A model generated the notes under the pieces. That model did not search any database. It was not told where the DNA came from and saw nothing but the letters and a program-made list of their open reading frames with translations. A stretch of DNA of 32,000 bases from Bdellovibrionales bacterium. Lineage in GTDB: Bacteria > Bdellovibrionota > Bdellovibrionia > Bdellovibrionales > UBA1609. Below are positions 16,961 to 25,934 of the stretch, in pieces. The stretch lies in assembly GCA_963692945.1 (NCBI GenBank), contig OY843585.1:60001-92000 (forward strand), in the 5' to 3' direction. Each line of letters starts with the position of its first letter. The stretch's first letter is position 1. A program made the position numbers and the translations under genes.

Positions 16961-17017
16961 TTTTCTGAACCCTACTCCAGAAAAGACATGACTTTTCTGG
17001 AATACACTACAGAAAAG
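16961..17017. promoter_or_regulatory. Array of four alternating CAGAAAAG / CTTTTCTG half-sites (operator or alternative-hairpin leader)
   Basis: TTTTCTG 16961-16967; CAGAAAAG 16978-16985; CTTTTCTG 16992-16999; CAGAAAAG 17010-17017. The central pair is a perfect 9-bp palindrome, CCAGAAAAG-N6-CTTTTCTGG (16977-17000). The array lies between the divergent genes at 16851 (-) and 17040 (+). Confidence 0.5.
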
Positions 17018-17039
17018 TCTTTGATTTCAAATTAAGTAG

Positions 17040-17252
17040 ATGTATTATCATCCTATGACTCGTGAGGATTTAAAAAAAATTAATGATGAGATTGCTCAAA
17101 TAGAATATTTATTATCTTTTTTAGATTCAAGAAATTCATTTGAAAATAAACAAATAAAAAATCTAATAGGACGTGCTTTTGAAATACGGGAAATATTACA
17201 GGCTTATTATTTAAAAGCCCGAAAAAAAAAGATAGGATTACAAATTCTCTAA
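17040..17252 (+). CDS. Small hypothetical helical protein (70 aa)
   Basis: ORF only; no motif recognised. It starts 23 nt downstream of the half-site array. Confidence 0.35.
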   Translation: MYYHPMTREDLKKINDEIAQIEYLLSFLDSRNSFENKQIKNLIGRAFEIREILQAYYLKARKKKIGLQIL

Positions 17253-17558
17253 AAAAACTTAAAAGAATATACCTTTCTTTGTTCTTCGTATTTAGTTCCC
17301 GATTTTTATTTTCAAAAACATTAGTTAAAATATTAATTATGCAACATCTTGACTAAAATCATCTTCATCTATATCGCTCAGTACTGGAATATTTTGGAAA
17401 ATGATGATTATTAGAAAATAGTCCTGATCAAGACAAAAATACTTGAATGAGATATTTTAATAAACTTAAGATATATAGAAACAGATAAAGAAGAAAGTGA
17501 GTTTAACTAGGATTCAACTCTTTAATAAAGTTTTCTAATAAATTACCTAGGAGTTTTT

Positions 17559-18461
17559 ATGCCAATACCTTTCCAACAAATTATGCTTCCTCTTCTTAAA
17601 GAATTAAAAAATGGGGAAGAAAAATCAACAGCTGATATTAGAACAAAACTGCAAAATCATTTCAAGTTATCAGAAGAAGAAGCCAAAAAATTACTTCCTA
17701 GTGGTGGTAATCGATCCATATTTTCTAATCGTGTCAACTGGGCTAAAACCTACCTAAAAAAAGCAGGCCTCATTGATTATCCTCAACGAAGTTATGCTCG
17801 TATTACTAAAACAGGCAAAGAAGTATTAAATGAAAATCTTTCAGAAATAACTTTTGATTATTTAAAAAAGTTTCCTGAGTTTTTAGAATTTCTGAATCTA
17901 AATTCAAAAAAAGAGCAACAAGAAGAATTGAGTTCTAATGAAACACCTTTAGAGCAATTAGATATGGCTTATACAATGTTAAAAGATGAACTTAAAAAAG
18001 AACTTTTAGAAAATGTAAGGAAGAGTTCTTATTTTTTCTTTGAACAGATCATTGTCGATTTACTTATAAATCTTGGTTATGGTGGTTCTAAAAAGGAAGC
18101 TGGAAAAGCCTTTAAAACAACTAAGGATGAAGGAATTGATGGAGTTATAAAGGAAGATAAACTTGGTCTTGATTTGATTTACACTCAAGCTAAGAAATGG
18201 GAAGCTTGTATAGGAAGACCAGAAATTCAAAAATTTGCTGGTGCATTACAAGGTAAAAAAGCTAAAAAAGGTATCTTTGTTACCACTTCTTATTTCTCTA
18301 ACGATGCAATTGAATATGTTAAAACCATAGACTCTAAAATTATTTTGATTGATGGTGATTCTCTAGTTGAATATATGATTGATACAAATACGGGAGTAAA
18401 CACAACTTCAAAATATGAAGTTAAAAAAATAGATGAAGATTATTTTAGCGACAATATCTAA
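17559..18461 (+). CDS. mrr: Mrr-family type IV (modification-dependent) restriction endonuclease
   Basis: Strong RBS (TAGGAG, 17548-17553). N-terminal winged-helix-like region (Mrr_N style: SNRVNWAKTYLKKAGLI). Catalytic core KDEGIDGVIKEDKLGLDLIYTQAKKW matches the Mrr_cat D...(Q/E)xK signature. Confidence 0.85.
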   Translation: MPIPFQQIMLPLLKELKNGEEKSTADIRTKLQNHFKLSEEEAKKLLPSGGNRSIFSNRVNWAKTYLKKAGLIDYPQRSYARITKTGKEVLNENLSEITFDYLKKFPEFLEFLNLNSKKEQQEELSSNETPLEQLDMAYTMLKDELKKELLENVRKSSYFFFEQIIVDLLINLGYGGSKKEAGKAFKTTKDEGIDGVIKEDKLGLDLIYTQAKKWEACIGRPEIQKFAGALQGKKAKKGIFVTTSYFSNDAIEYVKTIDSKIILIDGDSLVEYMIDTNTGVNTTSKYEVKKIDEDYFSDNI

Positions 18462-18764
18462 AGTTCTAATTCAGTTTCCTATTATTTTTTTTGAAAAAAT
18501 AACAATTAACAGATTTTGATTCTGTCATTCATAGATTCCAACTGCTTTAGCTTTAAAAAATTGAAAATTAAATTATTTTAAAAACCTATTTTAATGCCTT
18601 TAAAAAAAAATAAGAACAAAATAAAAATGAAAAAATTACAATTTAAAATGACATTTTCTTAAAAATTATTACTTACAATTATCACTTAAAACGAGTATTT
18701 ACTTACAATTAAAATTTAAAACCCTGTTTAAACCTATTTAATTACTTAAAAACAATAAAATTTA

Positions 18765-19154
18765 ATGAAAAACCCTTTAGAAATCAAGGCTTTAAATAAG
18801 CAAAAACTTGACACTTTGCCAATAATTTCCTACTCTTACAAAATGATTTTTAAAGAAATGGACAAAAAAGACACCTTTATTTTCAATGGTTTTCTCCCTA
18901 ATAGTAGCTTGCAAGAAAAGTGCAAAGCTTTTTATCACATGGTTGAGGAACGATCTCCTAATTCATCGGCTAAAGAAGCTTCTATCACAAAAATAGGAAA
19001 CAACTATGAAGCGAAATTAAAAATAATCTCAGGATCTTGTAACCTTGAAATTTCTTCTAAAGAAACCAAACCCTCTCAAACTATAGAAGAGCTTCACAAA
19101 AAATTCTTAAATCAAATTGTAGATTGGAATAAACACAGAGATCTCTTTTTTTAA
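18765..19154 (+). CDS. Hypothetical protein; weak resemblance to the HPF/RaiA (S30AE) ribosome-associated fold
   Basis: The pattern ...YEAKLKIISGSCNLEISSKE....IEELHKKFLNQIVDWNKHR loosely resembles the HPF C-terminal beta-strand/helix and KxKxK tail. Not secure. Confidence 0.4.
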   Translation: MKNPLEIKALNKQKLDTLPIISYSYKMIFKEMDKKDTFIFNGFLPNSSLQEKCKAFYHMVEERSPNSSAKEASITKIGNNYEAKLKIISGSCNLEISSKETKPSQTIEELHKKFLNQIVDWNKHRDLFF

Positions 19155-19169
19155 AAAATCTATAATCTT

Positions 19170-19907
19170 GTGACACAACAAAAACAACAGACACAACAAG
19201 CACAAAAAAAAGAAAACCCTTTTTACAATATATTATTTAATATTATCTTACCCGTTTTGATTCTTAATAAGGGTAAGGATTTTTTTCCTGCTGAAGACGC
19301 TGCCGTTTACTCTCTCTTATTGGCTTTAGCCTTCCCTTTTATTTACGGATGTAAAGATTATATAGTATCAAAAAAAATCAATATCATATCCCTCATCGGT
19401 GTTATTGGAGTTGCTTTAACAGGTGGCTTAGCCCTACTCCAATTAAAAGGTATTTATTTTGCCATCAAAGAAGCCATCATTCCTCTATTTATTGCAATTG
19501 TTGTTTTAGGTTCCATCCCTTATAAAAAACCACTTATTTCTTTATTCCTTTTCCAATCTTCTCTCTTTAAAAAAGATCTCATCTATGAAAAATTAAAAGA
19601 ACACAATAAAGAAAAAGAATTTCAAATGCTAATGAATAAAACAACGATATGGTTGGCTGGCTCTTTTCTTCTCAGTGCTTTATTAAATTTTATTATAGGC
19701 CTTATTGTATTTAAAAATATTAACCCTGATTTAAAAGAAGCCGTTCAAAGACAAATCCTTAATGAACAAATCGCTGATATGACTTGGATGGGATATGTAT
19801 TTATAGCATTTCCTCTAAGTTTTATAACTATTTTTATTCTATGGTATATCTTAAAACATTTAAAACAAATGACAGGTTTAGATTTTAAAGAATCCATTCA
19901 ACAATAA
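19170..19907 (+). CDS. Polytopic inner-membrane protein (YciB/VC0807-like septation-protein-type topology), function unknown
   Basis: GTG start 15 nt after the preceding ORF. Gln-rich N-terminus followed by about 6 hydrophobic helices. Confidence 0.55.
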   Translation: MTQQKQQTQQAQKKENPFYNILFNIILPVLILNKGKDFFPAEDAAVYSLLLALAFPFIYGCKDYIVSKKINIISLIGVIGVALTGGLALLQLKGIYFAIKEAIIPLFIAIVVLGSIPYKKPLISLFLFQSSLFKKDLIYEKLKEHNKEKEFQMLMNKTTIWLAGSFLLSALLNFIIGLIVFKNINPDLKEAVQRQILNEQIADMTWMGYVFIAFPLSFITIFILWYILKHLKQMTGLDFKESIQQ

Positions 19908-19946
19908 AAATCTAACTCTATCGTTTAAAATAAATCAATAGACCTT

Positions 19947-20348
19947 TTATAAAATCCCTTGAAACTCTTTGATGGAGTATTTCCTTTCTTGTTCACGCCT
20001 ATCCTTTCTTTCTTGAATGTATTTCTGTTTTGCTTCTGAACTCCTTTTTGCATATCTCTTTTTTTGCTGCTCCCACTTTTTTTCTAATTTTTGTTTTTCA
20101 ATCTCTTTCTTTTTAGATCTTCTCTGCTCTAAAAGAACACGAAGTCTTTTTTCTCTGATTTGATTCTTTTTATCTTTATAGGAGTGATAATGTTTTTTAT
20201 ACTTTTCAAAATCTCGTTTCTTTTGCTTTTCATATTTAACCTGTTGCTCTTGATGATCTAAAAAACTTTCGTGTCTTTCCAAAGGAGTTAAAGCAAAACC
20301 TGTTACAGTCACAAAAAAGAAAAGAAAACTATAAAAAATATTTAACAT
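19947..20348 (-). CDS. Secreted or anchored, highly charged K/E/R-rich coiled-coil protein
   Basis: N-terminal hydrophobic segment MLNIFYSFLFFFVTVTGFA, followed by about 100 aa of K/E/R/Q-rich sequence. Confidence 0.5.
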   Translation of the reverse strand: MLNIFYSFLFFFVTVTGFALTPLERHESFLDHQEQQVKYEKQKKRDFEKYKKHYHSYKDKKNQIREKRLRVLLEQRRSKKKEIEKQKLEKKWEQQKKRYAKRSSEAKQKYIQERKDRREQERKYSIKEFQGIL

Positions 20349-20540
20349 AAATTCAATTTATCATCTTTTATCTTTTACAAAAAGTCCTATCAAGACTATA
20401 GAAAGATGAAGTCACACAATTTTTTGAGTTGAAATAGTAAACGAGCGACTTTTTTGGCTTCTTAGACATCCTTTAGTCACTCACCTCATCCTTTTATTAG
20501 CACCTTGACCCTTTTCTCATTTTCATGATAGGAAAACATA

Positions 20541-21542
20541 ATGGAAATAAGTCTCCTTTCTGATTTAACTTTCTTTGCTCTTAAAGCTTTTATTTTTGTT
20601 TTGGCTTTCATTCTATCTATTGTAATTCCCGTCCTTGTTATAAAAAAAATTAAGCCAGAAGATAATAAAAAGAAACGATTAAAAATAGAAAACCTAAAAG
20701 ACAAGTACCAAAAAAATATTTTTACACTTAATGCTAAAACTCTAGATAAAAAAAAATTAAAGAAATATCTTAAATCCTTAAAACAAGAAAATAAAAAACA
20801 GACCGATAAAAACTTTAGTTTTGTCCTCTCTTTCATAGGTGATAAAATGGCTTCACAAGTAGAAAACTTAAGAGAAGAGATCACCCTCATCTTAAATGTA
20901 GCCTCTCCAAAAGATGAAGTTATTCTTCTTTTAGAAAGCCCTGGTGGCTCGGTGGCTCATTATGGTTTAGGGGCCAGCCAACTCCAACGGTTAAGAGATA
21001 ATAATATTCCTCTCACTATTTGTGTAGATAAAGTGGCAGGAAGTGGTGGTTACCTCATGGCTTGTGTAGCTCATCAAATTATTTCGGCACCTTTTGCTTT
21101 TATTGGTTCTATAGGAGTTATCTTTGGTCTTCCAAATCTTTATGATTTTTTAAAAAAACATGACATTAACTATGAAGAAATCACAGCTGGAAAACACAAA
21201 CGAACTCTTACACCTTTTGGTCAAATCACTGATGAAAAAAGAGATCGGTTAAAACAACAATTAGAATTAATACACAACCAATTCAAAGATTTTGTTTTGA
21301 AACACAGAAACAACATTGATTTAGAAAAAGTAGCGACAGGAGAAGCATGGCTAGCCGAAGAAGCTTTTAAAAGAGGTTTAGTGGATAAAATTCAATGTAG
21401 TGACGATTACATTATGGAACGACTTAAAGTAAATAATGTTTATAAAATCAGCCTTTCTTCCAAAAAATCATTTTTAGATAAACTGTCTAAAAAGATGGAT
21501 ACAGACACATCTTTTACAGAAAAATTTTTCCAATTTTTTTAA
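20541..21542 (+). CDS. sohB: S49-family inner-membrane peptidase SohB
   Basis: N-terminal TM segment, a basic linker, then LLLESPGGSVAHYGLGASQLQRLRDNNIPLTICVDKVAGSGGYLMACVAHQIISAPFAFIGSIGV, typical of SohB/SppA 36K. Confidence 0.85.
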   Translation: MEISLLSDLTFFALKAFIFVLAFILSIVIPVLVIKKIKPEDNKKKRLKIENLKDKYQKNIFTLNAKTLDKKKLKKYLKSLKQENKKQTDKNFSFVLSFIGDKMASQVENLREEITLILNVASPKDEVILLLESPGGSVAHYGLGASQLQRLRDNNIPLTICVDKVAGSGGYLMACVAHQIISAPFAFIGSIGVIFGLPNLYDFLKKHDINYEEITAGKHKRTLTPFGQITDEKRDRLKQQLELIHNQFKDFVLKHRNNIDLEKVATGEAWLAEEAFKRGLVDKIQCSDDYIMERLKVNNVYKISLSSKKSFLDKLSKKMDTDTSFTEKFFQFF

Positions 21543-21562
21543 GATAATACCTAGACACGAGT

Positions 21563-22042
21563 CTATTTGAAACAAAAGCTAAGCACTTCGTACTCTTTTT
21601 CTCCACTTGGAGTTTGAAGTATAAAAGTATCTCCTTTTTTTAGACCTATCATTTTTTTAGCGAGAGGCGAGGCAATGGAAAGACGACCCTTTTTAGCATC
21701 TGATTCAGCTTCCCCTACAATGGAATAAAGAACTTTCTTATCATCATCTAAATTCTTAAGGCTAACACGAGCTCCAAAAGTGATTGTATTGGATTTGATA
21801 CTAGACACATCAACAACTTGAGCACTGGCTAACTTCTCTGTTAAATCGGATATACGACTTTCTAAAAAACCCTGTTGCTCTTTAGCCGCATCATAATCTG
21901 CGTTTTCACTCAAATCACCATGAGCCCGAGCTTCTTTAATCGCTTGGATAACCTTAGGACGCTCCTCTTGTATTAAACAATTTAAAAGCTCTTCTAAATC
22001 TTTTTTTCCTTGAGCCGTCATAGGCTTTCTATCTGGAGGCAT
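21563..22042 (-). CDS. greA: Transcription elongation factor GreA
   Basis: MTAQGKKDLEELL...AHGDLSENADYDAAKEQQGFLESRISDL... plus the C-terminal FKBP-like domain pattern. The start could be M8 (22021). Confidence 0.9.
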   Translation of the reverse strand: MPPDRKPMTAQGKKDLEELLNCLIQEERPKVIQAIKEARAHGDLSENADYDAAKEQQGFLESRISDLTEKLASAQVVDVSSIKSNTITFGARVSLKNLDDDKKVLYSIVGEAESDAKKGRLSIASPLAKKMIGLKKGDTFILQTPSGEKEYEVLSFCFK

Positions 22043-22180
22043 AGTTACTCCTGTTTTTTCAATTTTAAGAGGAATTTAAATATCATAAAATAGAAAAGCC
22101 ATCAAGGAAAAATGAGACCTATGCCCTATTTTCTCAATAAAAAGATTGTAAATCTATGAATTAAAAAAATAGGATAGATT

Positions 22181-23527
22181 ATGGAGATCCTTTCTCAAAA
22201 AAAATCCATTAGAGAATATCTAAACTTTTCTAAAGAAATTCCAGCAAATACACTCAGACATCTATCCAGTGCTGATGCGGCAAGCCTTTTACTTAATCTT
22301 GACAAAACAAAATCAGATGCTCTTTTTCAAGCACTGCTTAAAGCAAATTTAGCTGTATCCACATTATCCGAAATGAAAGAACCTCATCTGAAAAAGTTCT
22401 TAAGAAATTTAACAAAAGATCACTTAATCGCTTTATTCTCAGAAGGACCTATAGATGACCTTATTTATATTATTTCTTTTGTTCCTAAAAAAGAACAACT
22501 CCTCAAAGAAATACCTCTCAAACAAAGTGCCAGACTTAAAAAACTTATGGCTTATCCTAAAAACTCATCAGGAAGAATTATGCAAGATGATTACTTTTCC
22601 ACCCCTTTAGATTTTACAGTGGAACAAACTATTGAATCTTTAAGAGAGTATTCTAGATATAAATTCATTCATTATATCTATTGTGTAGATCAAAATAAAA
22701 CTCTATTGGGAGTTTTATCTATTCGCCAATTGGCCATAGCAGCCCCAAGCACAAAAATAGAAGATATTACAAATCAAAATGTTGTGGCTATTAGCCCTAA
22801 AACCTCTACAAAAGAAGCGGCGGAAATTGTAAGTCATCACAATTATATAGCCATCCCTGTTGTAGATAATAAAAAGAAAATATTAGGTCTTGTCACTGTA
22901 GATGATATTTTAGATATTATATCCGAGCAAGCCACAGCTAAAATTTATGCTATGGCTGGACTGCCTGAAGATGATCATATTTATACAAACCCTTTTACAA
23001 CAATCCGAAACAGACTACCTTGGCTTGTTATCAATTTGTTTTTCGCTGTTTTAGCTAGCTCTATTATCAGTTTATTTGAACAAACTATGAGTCGATTGAT
23101 TATTTTAGCAACTTTAAAAAACATTGTAGCTGGTATTGGTGGAAATACAGCCATTCAAACTCTAACAGTTACAACAAGAGGACTAGATACAGGAGATTTT
23201 CATTTCACCACTATTACAAAAGCACTTTTAAAAGAACTCTTTGTAGGTCTTGTTATGGGGCTTTTTATAGGTATAGGAGCAGCAGTCATAACTTATTTTT
23301 GGAAAGGCTCCTTACTTGTATCCATCGTAATCTTTATTGCCATGATGGTTAACTCTCTTGTGGCCGTTTTAGCTGGATTTTTAATTCCTATTTTTATGAG
23401 AAAAATAAAGAAAGACCCTGCAGTAAGTAGTGGTGTTTTAGTAACTATCATCACAGATATCTTCGGATTTTTTATCTTTTTAAGTACAGCTTCTTTAGGT
23501 TTAAAACTTATCGGTGAAAATCTATAG
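22181..23527 (+). CDS. mgtE: Magnesium transporter MgtE
   Basis: N-domain, tandem CBS pair (GVLSIRQLA..., IPVVDNKKKILGLVTVDDILD) and a 5-TM C-terminal domain with GGNTAIQTLTVTTRGL. Confidence 0.9.
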   Translation: MEILSQKKSIREYLNFSKEIPANTLRHLSSADAASLLLNLDKTKSDALFQALLKANLAVSTLSEMKEPHLKKFLRNLTKDHLIALFSEGPIDDLIYIISFVPKKEQLLKEIPLKQSARLKKLMAYPKNSSGRIMQDDYFSTPLDFTVEQTIESLREYSRYKFIHYIYCVDQNKTLLGVLSIRQLAIAAPSTKIEDITNQNVVAISPKTSTKEAAEIVSHHNYIAIPVVDNKKKILGLVTVDDILDIISEQATAKIYAMAGLPEDDHIYTNPFTTIRNRLPWLVINLFFAVLASSIISLFEQTMSRLIILATLKNIVAGIGGNTAIQTLTVTTRGLDTGDFHFTTITKALLKELFVGLVMGLFIGIGAAVITYFWKGSLLVSIVIFIAMMVNSLVAVLAGFLIPIFMRKIKKDPAVSSGVLVTIITDIFGFFIFLSTASLGLKLIGENL

Positions 23528-23551
23528 AAAAAATAAGAATTTTACTATAAA

Positions 23552-24544
23552 TTGTTAGAAAAAAAGCCGATAATATTTTCAATGATTATTGATAAACTTA
23601 TAGAAATCACCTCTAAAAATTCTTCTTTTATTATTTCTACCCATAAATATTGTGATGGAGATGGTTTAGGCGGAGGGCTTGCTCTCTATTATGGACTTAA
23701 AAAATTAGACAAGAAAGTTGATTTTATAGTTTTAGAAGACCCTCATAAAAAATATCAATTTTTAGATGAAAACAATATCATTCAAACTTTTGACAAAAAT
23801 AATTTTTCCTATGATGACAACACCATTCTTTTAGTTGTAGATACAAATGATCCTCAGCTTATAGAACCTCTTTACTCCAAAGCAAAAGAACAAAATATAA
23901 AAACTTATTTTATTGATCATCACCCTGTTATCCATGATAAAAAGGAAGATACTTTTTTAATTGACTCTAAAGCCTCTAGCCTAGCCGAGATCATTTATTT
24001 CTTTTTAGAAAAAATGTCTATTCCTTTAAATGAAAAAATAGCCACAGCTCTTTTCACAAGCATTGTCTTTGACACAAATCAATTTAGAACGACAAAAAAT
24101 CCTTCTGTTCCTTTTGCTATTTCTGCAAAAATCACTCCTTATATAAAAGATATAAATGTAGTGTATGACAATCTATTTAAAAATTTAACCATAGATAAAT
24201 TAAACTTCTTTACAAAAGTTAAAAATATAGAATATCACTCCAACAATAAAGTGGCTTTTTTATACATTACAAGCAAAGAATTAGAAGAAGCTCATGTAGA
24301 AATCAATCAAGCTTTTGATTTAATGGATACAGTCAGAGATATTTCTTCCATTCGTTCAACATCTTTAGTTGTAGAAAACAAAGACGGTTCTTTCAAAATC
24401 AGTTTGAGGTCTCGAGATAAAGATTTACTGCCACTTGTTAAAAAGTTTAATGGTGGAGGACATCGTCACTCAGCAGGAGCTTATGTTAACGATAAGAAAT
24501 TACCAGAAATCAAAGATACAATTCTTTCTTACTTAAAAAATTAG
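23552..24544 (+). CDS. nrnA: DHH/DHHA1 phosphoesterase (NrnA-like oligoribonuclease/pAp phosphatase)
   Basis: Motifs HKYCDGDGLGGGLAL, VVDTND, FIDHHP and GGGHRHSAGA. The track start is a TTG; the ATG at 23582 (MIIDKL) is an equally plausible start. Confidence 0.75.
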   Translation: MLEKKPIIFSMIIDKLIEITSKNSSFIISTHKYCDGDGLGGGLALYYGLKKLDKKVDFIVLEDPHKKYQFLDENNIIQTFDKNNFSYDDNTILLVVDTNDPQLIEPLYSKAKEQNIKTYFIDHHPVIHDKKEDTFLIDSKASSLAEIIYFFLEKMSIPLNEKIATALFTSIVFDTNQFRTTKNPSVPFAISAKITPYIKDINVVYDNLFKNLTIDKLNFFTKVKNIEYHSNNKVAFLYITSKELEEAHVEINQAFDLMDTVRDISSIRSTSLVVENKDGSFKISLRSRDKDLLPLVKKFNGGGHRHSAGAYVNDKKLPEIKDTILSYLKN

Positions 24545-25929
24545 CTCTTTGGAAAAGTGCAAATAAAAGTACTGCCTTCTTTTTCCTCACTTATAATTTT
24601 TATTTTTCCACCATGCTTTTCCATCAATTGTTTAACTATAGACAAGCCAATACCAGCACCCTTAGTTTTTTTACGAGAGGGGTCAACTCTATAAAATCTT
24701 TCAAACAATCTCCCCCTATGCCGTGCGGATATACCTTCTCCGTGATCTTTTACTGTCAATACAACTTCATCTTCATTTTCTGACCAAATCACTTCAATCA
24801 AGCAGGATTGAGGAACATACCTTACAGCATTATCCAACAAATTGTATAAAACTTGTTTCAAAAAATGACGGTCAGCCATTACTTTTTGTGCCGAAAAATC
24901 CAATTTAATTTTATGATTTTTAATATGCAAATCTTTAACAATGGATTGAGTGATCTCTTCTGTAGATAATTCTTCTTTCTTTAAACTAATAGAAGATTCC
25001 ATTTGAGACAATTCTAAAAAGTGATTTAAAAGTGACACCAATCTATCTACATTCCGACTAATGATTTTTAAAAACTTTTCAATTTGATCCTTTTGACTGA
25101 TTTCTAATTGAGAAAGAAGAGTTTGCACATAACCTTGAATCGCCGTTAAAGGAGTTCGCAATTCATGAGATACATTAGATATAAAATCAACCTGCACTTT
25201 TTCTGTCTTTGTGATATTAGTTACATCGTAAAATAAACCCACAGCTCCTCCAACCTTACTATTCTCTTCCTCTAAAGGTGCAATAGTGATTTCATAAACT
25301 GTTTCTTCATTCGTATTAGAAGCATAAAAAGATAAGGTTTTCTTGATGATCCTACGATTATCTAAACACTCCCGATACATACTCAAAATATCTGGGTTTC
25401 TAATAACTTCGCTTAGAAAAAGATTTTTAGCTTTAGTTTTTTTATTAGGAGCAAATAACATAATAGCTTGATTATTGAAAAACAAAATTTTCTTATCTTT
25501 ATCAATAGCTAAAATAGCTCCTGTCACAGCAGAAATAACAGCTTCTAATTCTGAAGATTCTTGATTGATGATTTGTTTTTGCCATATTAAATGATCACTA
25601 ATTTGATTTAAATGTTTATTGGCATCATAAAATTCTCCCGGCTCCTTCAAAAAAGAATCTTCACTTTTATCAAAAGAGCCTTGTCCTTTTGATATAATTT
25701 TTATTTTTTGAATAACTCTAGTTAAAGGGTGAAATAAACGAATAAATAAAGTAATAAAAATTATAAAGGAAATAAAAAAACCATAAAAGAAAATGAAAAG
25801 AAAATCTGTAAATGGTCTATCAACAAATAGAATATATATAATATAGGATACAACTAAACTAATAAGAGTAGAATAAATTAAACTCTTAAAAAGCCATTGT
25901 ATTAATTTAGGGAGAGGGTATCTATTCAT
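24541..25929 (-). CDS. phoR: Phosphate-regulon sensor histidine kinase
   Basis: Two N-terminal TM helices, a PAS-like segment, H-box SHELRTPLTAIQGY, and N/G boxes (LLDNAVRY, DHGEGI, GAGIGLSIVK). It is the last gene of the pst-pho operon. Confidence 0.8.
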   Translation of the reverse strand: MNRYPLPKLIQWLFKSLIYSTLISLVVSYIIYILFVDRPFTDFLFIFFYGFFISFIIFITLFIRLFHPLTRVIQKIKIISKGQGSFDKSEDSFLKEPGEFYDANKHLNQISDHLIWQKQIINQESSELEAVISAVTGAILAIDKDKKILFFNNQAIMLFAPNKKTKAKNLFLSEVIRNPDILSMYRECLDNRRIIKKTLSFYASNTNEETVYEITIAPLEEENSKVGGAVGLFYDVTNITKTEKVQVDFISNVSHELRTPLTAIQGYVQTLLSQLEISQKDQIEKFLKIISRNVDRLVSLLNHFLELSQMESSISLKKEELSTEEITQSIVKDLHIKNHKIKLDFSAQKVMADRHFLKQVLYNLLDNAVRYVPQSCLIEVIWSENEDEVVLTVKDHGEGISARHRGRLFERFYRVDPSRKKTKGAGIGLSIVKQLMEKHGGKIKIISEEKEGSTFICTFPKS

Positions 25930-25934
25930 AAATT

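Noticed and set aside
7183-18461. Search for an integrase, transposase or excisionase in the accessory region
   Set aside because: No listed ORF, and no intergenic frame I translated by eye, shows tyrosine-recombinase (R..HxxR..Y), serine-recombinase or DDE motifs. Short degraded remnants cannot be excluded without tblastn.
18462-18764. Very AT-rich 303-bp gap with short repeats (tacttacaatta occurs twice)
   Set aside because: These are low-complexity A/T runs, with no extended repeat, ORF or foldable structure. It is probably just promoter or spacer DNA at the island boundary.
20486-20890. 134-aa minus-strand ORF
   Set aside because: It is antisense to the 5' part of sohB, whose product has clear S49 motifs. 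Its own product is low-complexity.
22043-22180. M-box (Mg2+) riboswitch upstream of mgtE
   Set aside because: The 138-bp spacer is shared with the divergent greA promoter. It is too short and lacks the conserved G-rich M-box core segments.
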